Notes: generated by a model not told the origin, from the sequence alone. A DNA stretch of 64,000 nucleotides from Candidatus Poribacteria bacterium (GCA_965208325.1 OZ242326.1:320001-384000); one strand, 5' to 3'; shown: positions 30,829 to 41,495, numbered from the stretch's first letter. Numbers and translations are program-made.

Positions 30829-30854
30829 TGTAGGAGCGATCTCCGAATCGCGAC
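30829..30854. repeat. GTAG-type REP-like element class 2 (tgtaggagcgatctccgaatcgcgac); other copies at 31273, about 40440 and 41305
   Basis: Near-identical copies seen directly; inverted partners at 31243 and 41273. Confidence 0.8.
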
Positions 30855-30920
30855 CTTTATATGAAACCGCGTTTTTTCTTCAAAACTCGGTTTCTTAATC
30901 GCAGCAAAACCTGTACATTA

Positions 30921-30999
30921 GCCCCAGCGGGGCGGCAGGTATATAGAAAACACAGTAACCCCCACCCCAAAGCCCCAGCGGGGCGACAGGTGTATAGAA
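30921..30999. repeat. Direct repeat pair gccccagcggggcg(g/a)caggt(a/g)tatagaa
   Basis: Two 28-bp copies about 51 bp apart. Confidence 0.8.
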
Positions 31000-31049
31000 T
31001 GCAACATCTTCGTAGATTGTGTGGTTCCGACCACTACATCGTCAGTTCT

Positions 31050-31460
31050 TGTAGGTTGGGTAGAGCGGATAATCCCATATCCGCATCAATGGTAAGTTCC
31101 CACTCGTAATAACCATACGACACCATTGGCAAAATTGCTGTAGCGAAACCCAACGCTTTTGAAACCTCCCGACCACCAAAAGCTATAGTAGTCCTCCCCC
31201 TTACCAAGGGGGTGCTAGAGGGGTCATACACGCTTCGTCAGAAATCGGAATTCCCTCCTACCGACAACCTACTGTAGGACCAATCTCCGAATCGCGATAC
31301 ATGTTCGCCCGATAACTCAACCTTACCCAAAAAAGCTCCCTCTCTTCACTCACAACTTTCCACCGCTTTTCCCCATTAAACTGTTTCACCTACAAAGTTT
31401 TTAAATCCGCGGTTGACATACAACCGATTTTCTTGTATTATATTAAGTGAATGTTAGTAT
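31050..31460 (+). repeat. Intergenic module B copy 1 (REP arms + palindrome + promoter TTGACA-17-TATTAT at 31413)
   Basis: Colinear similarity with 40705-41495. Confidence 0.8.
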
Positions 31461-31792
31461 AGTATCCCGATTGCCGATTGGGGTTAGTTTATGGCGTAAT
31501 TTACACTCCAATAGTTGAGGTGACCACAGATTCAGGAGGCAAGCCTACCCGCGCTCACGAAGGGACGTACTTCTACGGAGAAATCATTGCGCGGTCCTGC
31601 CCAACTCGCATAGACCCGCACAACTTGTTTGACTACCTACTAGAGCACGCTTAAAATATGAATAGTGGACTGAATCCTAACGACGTGGTGTGGGTTTACC
31701 ATTATCCTTAATTGGCCATAATGCTTCTTTTGCCCAAGAGAACCCGCCCTCTTCTCCTATAAAGCCGCCATGTAGAACGGATGGAGCATTGA

Positions 31793-32323
31793 ATGGAAGG
31801 TTTATTTGTAATTATGTTTTTTGTAATTTGCGTGATTACCGCGTATGTATACGTAGGAAAACAGGAACGCCAAAAGCGAAATGATGCACTAATACAGGCT
31901 CTTTGCCGTGAGGTTGCAAGACGCTACATAACATGCTACAGGGCATTGGAGAAAACAAAAGGTTTCGCATCCTTATCTCAAGATGACAAGTATGCGCGTG
32001 TCATTCTGCGAGTTGAGGATGACGTTCATAGCATGAATCAAGCATACGACTGGCTGGGAAATGTACGAAGGGCGCGTTGGTTATCGAAAACTAGTTATCC
32101 GTTATCCTTTAGTGAGATTGTTATATATGCTGCCAACTTAAAAGTGCCGTATTCAAGACCCGGCGATCTAATTGGAAACTGGCACGATGATGAATCTGGT
32201 ATAATTAGCAAAGCGGTGTCTAGCATTATTCCTATTGATTTGTGTTTGGAATCCGACATCGCATACAGATCCAGTGGTAGACGGTATGATGAGGACGACG
32301 ATGTGGAGCAACCTGGGCCATGA
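31793..32323 (+). CDS. Hypothetical membrane-anchored protein
   Basis: 176-aa ORF, N-terminal TM, GGAG RBS. Confidence 0.65.
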   Translation: MEGLFVIMFFVICVITAYVYVGKQERQKRNDALIQALCREVARRYITCYRALEKTKGFASLSQDDKYARVILRVEDDVHSMNQAYDWLGNVRRARWLSKTSYPLSFSEIVIYAANLKVPYSRPGDLIGNWHDDESGIISKAVSSIIPIDLCLESDIAYRSSGRRYDEDDDVEQPGP

Positions 32324-32477
32324 AGTCGCACAGCAAGTGTTTTTTATCACCGTGTTGACCCCATTGGTCGTTTTGGGTGCTGTCCTTCTTTAACACCTAA
32401 ACCGACCTATGTCGCTTTAGGCTGAATCAGATGAATTTAAAATCAAAACGGAAATGGTTAGGAAGGGTGAATAAGCA

Positions 32478-32861
32478 ATGCCGAAGTCGTCCGAATGAGT
32501 TATCCCGGCTTTAGAACATCATGAGGACGTAGTTGATTCAGCGTCAGATTATGAACATGCCGAATTCAATATTTCAAAAGGCGGACATGCAGAATTGGCT
32601 GCACATTCTGATGAAATGATAGCTGTGCCCATTGATGCTAAAGCTAATCTTGTGAACCCAACTCAAATTAGCGGTATAGATGAACTAATTGAGCGGCGAT
32701 ATGCTAGCGATTCCGCATTAAAGTGTATGCGCTATTTAATGATAGCACTTGGGATGACTACCGACGAGGCAGCCAGAGAACCTGAGTATACTCATGAGCA
32801 TCCCGTTGATTTAGAAGCGATAGAGTGGTTCCTCGTTGCTTTTGACAGGGAGATTCAATAA
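32478..32861 (+). pseudogene. Hypothetical gene with an early in-frame TGA
   Basis: ATG 32478 is in frame with ORF 32595..32861, interrupted only by TGA at 32496. Confidence 0.45.
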
Positions 32862-32918
32862 TCCATTACATCCGGGGGACGCTGTCGCCTCCCCCTCAGC
32901 CGTTACAAAGGAGAGTAT

Positions 32919-33110
32919 GTGATGTTCGACGTTGTGAATAAACGTAATGTAAAAATCACTTATCAGAATTGCGAGGCCATGCCTCCCGAATCCGCCCTAA
33001 TATGCGTTATGCATGAGGACTCATCGAAAAACGGTCATATTGAAATCTCTGTTTCTGGCGAAGGATTTATTAATCTTGAAATTGTAGCAAAAGAAGATCA
33101 ATCCAATTAA
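32919..33110 (+). CDS. Small hypothetical protein
   Basis: AAGGAG RBS, 63 aa. Confidence 0.5.
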   Translation: MMFDVVNKRNVKITYQNCEAMPPESALICVMHEDSSKNGHIEISVSGEGFINLEIVAKEDQSN

Positions 33111-33231
33111 AGCTCTGATTAGCTCAATGTTTTTGTCGGTTTACATATGCAAAACTAGGCGCGTTATGCACATGTGTCATTGGTGGAGCTCACCGCACTG
33201 GTACGGTTCAAACGTGGGAATTTAAAACAAC

Positions 33232-33777
33232 GTGGTGGAAAAAGGAGGTATTTCTGTGCAAATATTAGAATTCGCAACAATCGCGTTAGTGGTGGTTACC
33301 GGTGCGATGGTCGCGGTTACATGTTGGTATGCTTGGCTTACACGGAAAATACTAAAAGAACAACACCCAATGCGCGTAGACGATCAAAGACCGCTACTTG
33401 TGATGCGCGTATTATCAGGTGACAATTCGGAGACGTTAAAGCTAATTTTAATCGTGGAAAACGTAGGTCGTGGAGTTGCTCTTACGGTAAAATTTGATAC
33501 GGACGAAAATTGGGCGGAAGTGGCCGGCGATTTGAAAGGCGAATACGGCGATATTAATGACGGTATGCGTTACCTCCCACCCGGAGTTAGCGAGAGATTT
33601 GAAGGAAGACCTTTAACCATAGTAAAACAGATGGCGCGTTCGGCACCGAATAAGACGACAATTATTAAAGTGACATATGAGGATTCATTAAAAAATAGGT
33701 ATTACAATAGTGAGGAAATAAAATTTCGTGAGTTTGGATTGAGGCGCAAATTTTTCCTATCGCAGTTAACGGTCTGA
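33232..33777 (+). CDS. Hypothetical membrane-anchored protein
   Basis: N-terminal TM then VENVGRGVA motif; true start probably GTG after AGGAGG near 33256. Confidence 0.65.
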   Translation: MVEKGGISVQILEFATIALVVVTGAMVAVTCWYAWLTRKILKEQHPMRVDDQRPLLVMRVLSGDNSETLKLILIVENVGRGVALTVKFDTDENWAEVAGDLKGEYGDINDGMRYLPPGVSERFEGRPLTIVKQMARSAPNKTTIIKVTYEDSLKNRYYNSEEIKFREFGLRRKFFLSQLTV

Positions 33778-33800
33778 TATTCACACTGATTTACAGTTTT

Positions 33801-34080
33801 TGTACGTTGGGTTTAACGGGCTCGCGAAACGCAACAATCAGCAGAACTCAAAACGTTATAACAGTGCTCGTAGGTTACTTAGAAACCAGAGAACCACAAC
33901 ACTTTTGAAACCTACGAACGATGCGAAAGCGGTCGGTTGTCCTCTGACTCGACTCAACCTACTCGTATTTTGCCTATCGCTCTATCGCTTGACTGTCACA
34001 CTCCACTCAGGTATATTACCAGTAACTTCCGGCTTTTCAACGCTGACCAAATTCCTACGGATTTGCCTCAAAAACCTCAT
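33801..34080 (+). repeat. REP arms + module C copy 1 with promoter TTGACT-17-TATATT (33989)
   Basis: 33950-34080 is similar to 39000-39125. Confidence 0.75.
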
Positions 34081-34182
34081 TCATTGCAATCCAAAAAATG
34101 GAGGTAAATTCAGAGAAAAATCAATTTTGGTCCAATCTTGCGTCCAAATTGCTTTTGAGCAATATTATTTGTCTAATCTCAG

Positions 34183-34884
34183 TTGGTCGTGCCGTATAAA
34201 ATGAGGTCTTATCTATGTTTGCCATTTAATCACTTTCTTACCATCGAACTTCGGCATATTCTGATTCCGTCATTTTTAACAGCTTATCACTATGGGTGTA
34301 TCAAAATGTTTAGCCGTGCATGCAAATTTATTTGGTCTATTTCGCAGAAACTTACTATAGGTTATTTTGCCATGGTATTCGGATTAGGGGCGCTAATGTG
34401 GGCTGCCTTCGCATTATACAATCTTATATTTCACCCCATCAAGACTACCGTTTGGATATACTCGATTGTTGCTCAGTATATTCCACTTGTATTGTTGTTA
34501 GCATTGTTCTCCGGTGGAATTATAGCCATTGTAATGCGGCTACGCTATAATAGAAAGTCGAACCCCCACGTAAAACCCAAAGAATATTACACGGCGAAAC
34601 TAGAACGTATTCTAAAAGCCTGTGCCGGTATCATAGGGCTCGCGTTCATTTTACTTGCATTGTTCGTGTTAGTTTACGAGAATGCGCCTGTAATCGGTGG
34701 TTTTATTATATCAACATGGACAAAACTCACCAACGCCTTAAACACCACTATCGTCTGTACAATAATTATTTTGTTTGTAATGGTGAATCTTTATAACTCC
34801 TTACGGCGTGAACACCACGAGCTATACCAGGAATTTTGCAAACGCCTAGACGACATTGAGAAACGCCTCGATTCTAGGCGTTAG
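34183..34884 (+). CDS. Hypothetical multi-pass membrane protein
   Basis: About four hydrophobic segments; start uncertain. Confidence 0.6.
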   Translation: MVVPYKMRSYLCLPFNHFLTIELRHILIPSFLTAYHYGCIKMFSRACKFIWSISQKLTIGYFAMVFGLGALMWAAFALYNLIFHPIKTTVWIYSIVAQYIPLVLLLALFSGGIIAIVMRLRYNRKSNPHVKPKEYYTAKLERILKACAGIIGLAFILLALFVLVYENAPVIGGFIISTWTKLTNALNTTIVCTIIILFVMVNLYNSLRREHHELYQEFCKRLDDIEKRLDSRR

Positions 34885-35222
34885 CATAGTAAAATTACAA
34901 TGTCTCAATGTTTGTAATTACGCCGAAAACCAGGCGGTTTTGTACGTCGGGTTTAATGCTCAATTACCTGAATAGGATCGACAGAGCGAATAGCGACGGA
35001 AATAATTACCTAGCGCGTGCGATATATTCTCGCTTCGCAGACGTAAAACCTTCACCGACTCCAACCCAGGGCTGTTGCAACAGTCAAGCACAGTCAATTA
35101 TCCAAGATTTACTAACCTTTTTGCAATACCTGGGAGAGTTTTGCCGTTCCTTTAAGACATTTAGCGTCAAATTGCACGTTTTATTGCGACAATTTTTCAA
35201 TCGCTGAATTAAGAGAAATAAC

Positions 35223-36674
35223 ATGACACAGGAAAGCAAACAGGAACTGAGACGGTTACTAACACAAGCGATGCGACGTTTAGTGATACGATATAAATAC
35301 GGCGGCCCTACATCAATCCCAGTGGCTCTATATAGAAGGTACTTGCAGGAACGCTGGAGATACTACGGTATAGATTTCTTTTCGTTTGCATTTTCGATTC
35401 AACTTGTCCCCGATGTAGCCGATGGCTCCACAAAATCAAGTCTTCTTGCTTACATAAGAAAACAGTTAGCACCCTTTATTGGTGAAAGTACGGACCCAGA
35501 CCTTGATTGTGTCCGCAGCACCAACTATTCAATAGAATGCAATTCTTCATATGGAGATCATCTAGTTACTCATGGAGCCGGCCCCGTTCCGTTGTTTATG
35601 GTTTTAGAACGCCTTCTGGAAATTACCCTTGACCGGGGAATACTGGAAGCGGTATCATTTTTTGACCGGTGTAGTCGCCCCGAGGGTACACAGGTATTTC
35701 TTTGGGACGTTGCATTCCTTGAAGGAGTAAAGATAGAGTCAGAAATCGAACTCTGTAATGGGGTGCGACTTATCCCTTTGCCTTCTGGGGAAATATCATC
35801 GAAAGTCAAACAATATCTGCCCGCTGTTTCTGTCTTTGCCTTTACCGATCATGCGGACTCTTTTTTCGGCAGAACGCTGCTCGTTATTGACCGCCCCGCA
35901 ATTTCTATGCTTCGTAAACCTTCCGAAAAAGCAATTCAGAACGGAACCCGGATTGACAATCTCCCTTTTCAGGTTGAGGTGCCCAATGTAAAATTTCGCA
36001 ACCACCAAGCGATTGGTTCTTTCGATAAGTTATTCTGTCAAGCACTATCGTTAGTATGTAATTCGGCCGTTAAAATTGTAATAACAGGATTTTTTTTGGA
36101 GGAAGAAAACTCGTTCAGTCAGACTCACGGCCCTGGCAAGATGTTTAGGTACTTCGATTCACTCGGAAATCCTCCTGAACCTGGGAAAGTTGAAATAGAA
36201 AAAGCCAATCGTCTATACGAGAAATTGGCTGGTCTAAATTCAAATGATAGAGAGAAATTGCAGATTGCAATCGATAGATGGATAATGTCAAAATCAGAAA
36301 GGAGTCACATTGACAAAATCATTGACCTAGGTATAGCCATTGAAGCGCTATATGTCCCAGATGGGCGCAGCGGCGAGATCAGATTTAAATTGGCTGTTCG
36401 TGCAGCTTGGAATTTGGGAGAAAATGAAGAACATCGAAACAAGTTAATGAAGGAGTTTCAGGAAATATATGATTGGCGTTCCACGATTGTTCATACAGGA
36501 AAACTGCCCAACAAGACAAAGAAAACACCCTTTACTCCAGTAGAGGTAAACCAATTTATCGCACGAGCTCAGGATTTGTGCCGGGATTCAATTTTGAAGG
36601 TTTTAGAAAAGGAGAAATTCCCTGATTGGAACAACCTGATACTCTCCGGCCACGCAGAAAGCACAACTCAATAA
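35223..36674 (+). CDS. HEPN (ApeA-like) domain protein
   Basis: C-terminal IDLGIAIEALY...YDWRSTIVHTG with Rx4H motif. Confidence 0.75.
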   Translation: MTQESKQELRRLLTQAMRRLVIRYKYGGPTSIPVALYRRYLQERWRYYGIDFFSFAFSIQLVPDVADGSTKSSLLAYIRKQLAPFIGESTDPDLDCVRSTNYSIECNSSYGDHLVTHGAGPVPLFMVLERLLEITLDRGILEAVSFFDRCSRPEGTQVFLWDVAFLEGVKIESEIELCNGVRLIPLPSGEISSKVKQYLPAVSVFAFTDHADSFFGRTLLVIDRPAISMLRKPSEKAIQNGTRIDNLPFQVEVPNVKFRNHQAIGSFDKLFCQALSLVCNSAVKIVITGFFLEEENSFSQTHGPGKMFRYFDSLGNPPEPGKVEIEKANRLYEKLAGLNSNDREKLQIAIDRWIMSKSERSHIDKIIDLGIAIEALYVPDGRSGEIRFKLAVRAAWNLGENEEHRNKLMKEFQEIYDWRSTIVHTGKLPNKTKKTPFTPVEVNQFIARAQDLCRDSILKVLEKEKFPDWNNLILSGHAESTTQ

Positions 36675-36916
36675 ACTCTCCAAAAACTAACCAAACCAAA
36701 AGAACTACACAATCGCTGCGCTATACAAATTGTCCACCCGAGTGCGGATTTGCATCTTTGTGCGGTATAGTTTAAATTCTTGTAGGTAGCATTTCCTTAC
36801 TCCGTACAAAATTGTTACGATGAAAAAACCACTAAACGCCTCCGAAATACTTGTCTTTTTTCGTTCAAAACCCTTTAACCCATCCTACAAACGCCGAGAA
36901 AAGGAGGTTTGTTATC

Positions 36917-37507
36917 ATGTCCGATGTGGACTACCGGAAATATATGCAATCTGAGGAATGGAAAGCAAAACGACAGACGAAACTGGACGATTGCCGCGGC
37001 AAGTGTGAATGTGAAGGCGGCTGTTACCGGCAAGCGACGCAAATTCATCATCTGCATTACGACACATTGGGAAACGAATGTTTTGACGACTTGCAAGCAT
37101 TGTGTCCGAAATGCCACATGAAAAAGTCTAATGTTCGGGATTTTTATGGTTATGTTGCGAAAGACTGTTGCCAACGCACCCCGCTTAGTGAGGAGGAGAA
37201 GCCGAAGAAAGCCCTGCCGTATTCTGTCTGGCATGAAGCAAACTTTCGTTATCAGATGGACCGCGAGCGATGCACACAAATCGCCGAGACGTTAGGGACG
37301 GACCCCGTAATCGCAGCGCTGCTCGATAACCTCGAAATCATGTTTGCTTGCGGTGACATTGCAGTAGAGGCGAAAATTACAAAGGCAATCGGGCGGTTTG
37401 CCGATGTTGTACCCGCCAAAGAGGGCGGCTTGGATGGGTACGGGCATGAAACCGTTTACAAGTTAAAACCCGAATTTTCAAAACACTTCTCCAATGATGA
37501 GAATTAA
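36917..37507 (+). CDS. HNH endonuclease domain protein
   Basis: YMQSEEW, Cys cluster, QIHHLHY..LGNE..DLQALCPKCH; AGGAGG RBS before ATG 36917. Confidence 0.8.
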   Translation: MSDVDYRKYMQSEEWKAKRQTKLDDCRGKCECEGGCYRQATQIHHLHYDTLGNECFDDLQALCPKCHMKKSNVRDFYGYVAKDCCQRTPLSEEEKPKKALPYSVWHEANFRYQMDRERCTQIAETLGTDPVIAALLDNLEIMFACGDIAVEAKITKAIGRFADVVPAKEGGLDGYGHETVYKLKPEFSKHFSNDEN

Positions 37508-38053
37508 ACGCATACCTCGCAGTCGCCGCACAAGTTACGCAAGCAGTGGAAGTCATTCGCCCCATGATAAGGCTAGTTTTGTAGATTCAGTTAAGCGCTC
37601 AAATACCCGATAACGTCGTAAAATAGTTTTGCCTACCACGAAATCCGACGCTGTTGGTCGCGCCGTACCGGTACGTCTAACGATACACATCCGATTACAA
37701 AAATCGCTGGATTAGGCTACTTCACACAATTTTGTTACCACAATGAAATTACCGAACTCCGACGTACATTTGCTTTTTTTCCTACAACACAGCTTCACCG
37801 CCCCGTAAAACCTTAAAATAGACACGAATTTTGGACTGAAAAACAGATAAATATTGAATTAATGTTGGAAACATGATATATTTTTAGACAAAGAAAAAGG
37901 GAGTAGTTGTCAGCTACTCCCCAAAAAATGTGAGCCGATTTTCGTTAGCCTAGCACGCAGACAAAAACGGGCTTTTTTATTGTACCTGACATTCTCGCCG
38001 AATGTCAAGAAAATCACAACTCATTCTTCAAAAATTTCAAGGAGAAGGTACAT

Positions 38054-38392
38054 ATGTTTGGCTTGAAGTTCCGAAAGAAGGAAACTCTTGAGTGTAATGC
38101 GTATCAAGCGTTAGAGGCGCGATTTGACAGGTTGGAGCGGGAGATGAAACGAGAAAATGACGATCTTCATGCTTCAATTGATTCTGCACGTGAGCCGATT
38201 CAGGAACTGTGCATATTAATGAAAGAATCTCATACAGATGTCAATGAGTTAAAAGCTTCGTTGCGTGCTTTAGAACGTCAATTGGAGGATATCAGCGTTG
38301 AATTGAAAAGGCTGCGTGCGCCTTTTGGCGGAATTCACTATTTCGATATAAATGAATCAGTTGAACCACCGTCAAATCGTCGGTATGGGTGA
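38054..38392 (+). CDS. Hypothetical coiled-coil protein
   Basis: Heptad pattern; GGAG RBS. Confidence 0.6.
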   Translation: MFGLKFRKKETLECNAYQALEARFDRLEREMKRENDDLHASIDSAREPIQELCILMKESHTDVNELKASLRALERQLEDISVELKRLRAPFGGIHYFDINESVEPPSNRRYG

Positions 38393-38479
38393 AATTAAAG
38401 ATTTGGTTAAAATACCTTACGACGGGGCGTGAGTTGACGTTCCCACAACATTGTGGAAAACCGCTAAATTTTCGTCCTT

Positions 38480-38842
38480 ATGGAGCTAAATATGTCTGAT
38501 ATCCTGAGACAAATAACGCTGGTAAAAGACGCTGAAGATCGCCGTGTAGTTCGTTTTGAGAGTAGAACTAAATTTACTCAGCTCGTTCTGGCTGTTCATG
38601 ATGCTTTGGTAAGCATAGACAAAAAGCTGGCTGAAATAGAATCTGAAGCCAATGGTATTGCTGACCAAACGCACCAGAAAGGCATGGATACCAGAGTTGA
38701 GTCGAGGAGGAACGTTCTTGGAGAAGATGTATCAGATTTGTTTGAACAACTTGAACTTCTCTGTGAGGTTATTTGTCCTGCTGGGGAATTGTTAACGCGG
38801 TACAAAAATCAATTAAAACATAGATTTTCTTCCTTTATGTGA
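38480..38842 (+). CDS. Hypothetical helical protein
   Basis: 120-aa ORF. Confidence 0.55.
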   Translation: MELNMSDILRQITLVKDAEDRRVVRFESRTKFTQLVLAVHDALVSIDKKLAEIESEANGIADQTHQKGMDTRVESRRNVLGEDVSDLFEQLELLCEVICPAGELLTRYKNQLKHRFSSFM

Positions 38843-38901
38843 TATGACTTTCGACTTGGTGCGGTGAAACGTATTCTGACCAAACACATTAAATGAAAAC
38901 T

Positions 38902-39125
38902 TGTAGGATGAATTGAGCGGCATCAACCGAGCCGATACCGAAGGATTGACTTAACGGCTAGTGAGTGCGATAGATATCAATAGTCTTTTATTGTCTTCTC
39001 CGAAACCCAACCTACAAGTGCATTGCAAATCGCTCTGTCGCTTGACTTTCACATTCCACATCCGATATATTACTATCATTTCCGGTTTTGAAACCTCGCC
39101 AAATTCCCACGGGTTACCACTTAAA
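38902..39125 (+). repeat. REP arms + module C copy 2 with promoter TTGACT-18-TATATT (39042)
   Basis: tgtagg...cgaaacccaacctaca followed by the block shared with 33950-34080. Confidence 0.75.
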
Positions 39126-39347
39126 ATTTTTTCATCCCTGTGCAAAGGACTGGCGTTAGTTCACTCCGCCACCCGATGAAATAGTAACGGGGCGTCTGAA
39201 AGCATCAAACAAACACCACCGTAAATTATGAAGTGACTCATCCCTATGCTTTTTCATACGGGGCCAGCGCTGATTAACCGATTCCGATTCTGGTTACGGA
39301 AATAGAGTCTTAAATCCAAAAATCAACGTCTCAAATGGAGGTAATCA

Positions 39348-40217
39348 TTGAACAGAAACTGGACGGAACTCCTCAAATCCGTAATTCCTAGACCTTGCAT
39401 CAATCAACGTCCGTTTGTATGTGATGGTTTTCCTGATGAGTGTGAAGTAATTATAATCGGTCAAAATCCAAGAAATGAATTGTGTGTAGACTGGTGGGGC
39501 TTTTGGGACAATAGCTCTGGTTTCGATCGCCTTCGCCTTTCAGATGTCTACCAACAAAAAGGCTTCGACTTAAACACTGGGACACGAGGACGTTTAAACA
39601 AAATCAAGGATAGAGGCGTACAGTGTGTCGAAACCAATGTATATAGCTCTGAAGGTTCGTGCAACCGGAGCGACCGCATTCCTAACCAAACCGTTCTAGA
39701 ACTACTGTTAAGAAACATGCCACACCTCGAGTGGGTAATTGTACATGGCGCCATTGCGCACGACTGGATAAAAAAGTACAGAAATTTGATTCGCTTACCA
39801 GACAATCGGCTTCTCAAACCCTGCCATTTCAGAAACATAAGCGACGACAGGCTAAATCAGATTTGCAGACAGGTAGAGAAAGCCAGATATGAATGGATTG
39901 AAGAAGGCAAACAACTATTACTTTATAATCACATTACTGCAGAACGCGCCATTGCTAGTAGAAATCCTGAACTTCCACCCATGTCGACGCAAGAGATGTT
40001 ATGGGAACAGAGCAATGCGGCCCGCAATTGGTCAAATCGTGTAGAACTTCGTTTTGGTGCACGGGCATTTGCCCCTTATCCGTATGCGCTTCATAGTTTC
40101 AAGGAAAACACTACGGACCTCGATGTTCAAGACCGATGGTCACAATGTAAAGCCCATCTTAATAAAAGTATCGCTAGTCTAGAGAAATATCTTTCCGAAC
40201 TAATCAAGACTTTGTAG
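39348..40217 (+). CDS. Uracil-DNA glycosylase-like domain protein with extra C-terminal region
   Basis: IIIGQNP, VETNVY, VIVHG, PCHF pattern; GGAGG RBS. Confidence 0.55.
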   Translation: MNRNWTELLKSVIPRPCINQRPFVCDGFPDECEVIIIGQNPRNELCVDWWGFWDNSSGFDRLRLSDVYQQKGFDLNTGTRGRLNKIKDRGVQCVETNVYSSEGSCNRSDRIPNQTVLELLLRNMPHLEWVIVHGAIAHDWIKKYRNLIRLPDNRLLKPCHFRNISDDRLNQICRQVEKARYEWIEEGKQLLLYNHITAERAIASRNPELPPMSTQEMLWEQSNAARNWSNRVELRFGARAFAPYPYALHSFKENTTDLDVQDRWSQCKAHLNKSIASLEKYLSELIKTL

Positions 40218-40519
40218 GCACACGGCGCAATTGAGCGCGCGTACAAGCGACAGTACCGTGTTTTTCGAATTTAATAGGGCACACCCTTTGAAACTCCTGA
40301 TAGTTTTAGATTCACACGGACACGTTATTGAACAATGGATAGAACGATGAACTGAACGAATCGCGAAGACGATAGTCTTGATTCTTCTAAGTTACGCCGA
40401 GTCGCCAAACCTGCCGTCGCGAATCCAGAAATCGCGCCGTGCAGGACAGATCTCCGTATCGCGACCTTTGAATAGTAGTCCAATAACGCGCAAGGGCTAC
40501 GAGATTCGGCTGCGTTTCA

Positions 40520-40700
40520 ACATCGCATGATTATGCGCATTCTCGATCATTGCACATCGTTCAATCATACAAATCACAGTCCAGACAATAAAATATGCTC
40601 AAACCCCCTACAAGCCCGTCAATACCGCCAAAACCCCTCTTTTTTTGCACTATTACTTGTTATCTGTTAATAAGGGTGTTACACTAGTCTCACTATGAAG
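40520..40700 (+). repeat. Module D copy 1 (promoter-like block ending in ATG)
   Basis: Similar to 44600-44774. Confidence 0.7.
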
Positions 40701-40704
40701 TTTT

Positions 40705-41495
40705 TGTAGGTTGGGTTAAGCGGGTATCCCCAAATACATTGGTATTGAGTATTTGCCGTCCAATCACCGATAAAACTTAATAACAACATGCGCGTAGCGA
40801 ACCCAACGCTTTTGGTAGAATCGTACCGGCGGGGTGTTTCGATTCACGTTCCAACTCCAAAAAAACGCCGGGTTAAGCTTCATCAGTTTTGATCATGTAG
40901 GCAATCAAAGCTACTACCGCTCGCCGCATACTCGCGTTGGTTGGTCAAAATCACTCAACCCAGCCCACAAGGGTACAAGGGTAAAGTAATCCTCTCCCTT
41001 ACCAAGCTTACTATTACCCACAAGGCCGCGAAGTCGGATAGGGTACGGGTTGTCTCCCCTCATTCTTGACGTAACCATGCTGTGCAGCACCTGTGGGAAG
41101 GGCTTCCTAGCCCTGATTATCGGGACAGGGATGTCCCTCGTACAGTTTATGCCATACCGAAATGAACAATCGTTCTTAGCCCCAACATTGACGGCGTCTA
41201 CCTCCGGAGACTTGTGGGTAATAGTAAGCTTACCAAAGGGAGCTAGAGGGGGTCATACACGCATCGTCAGACATCGGAATTCGCTCCTACAAGAATCCAA
41301 CCCCTGTAGGAGCGATCTCCGAATCGCGACTTATATTAGACCGATGACTCAACCCCACCCAAATAACCTCCCCTTCTTCACTCACAACTCTCCACGGCTT
41401 TTACCCATGACACTTTTTCACCTACACAGTGCTTTAATCTGCGTTTGACAAAAAACCAATTATATCATATTATATTAAGTGAATGTTCGTATAGA
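40705..41495 (+). repeat. Intergenic module B copy 2 with promoter TTGACA-17-TATTAT (41445), interrupted by a MITE
   Basis: Colinear with 31050-31460 apart from insertions. Confidence 0.8.
41006..41229. mobile_element. MITE, 224 bp, perfect 19-bp TIRs, 7-bp target duplication
   Basis: gcttactattacccacaag ... cttgtgggtaatagtaagc flanked by ttaccaa on both sides; the equivalent site at about 31201 is empty. Confidence 0.9.

Noticed and set aside
33800..34204. 134-aa ORF (also 34908..35207, 38961..39179, 41050..41448, 30861..31109)
   Set aside because: These frames run through repeat/promoter modules or the MITE and are probably spurious
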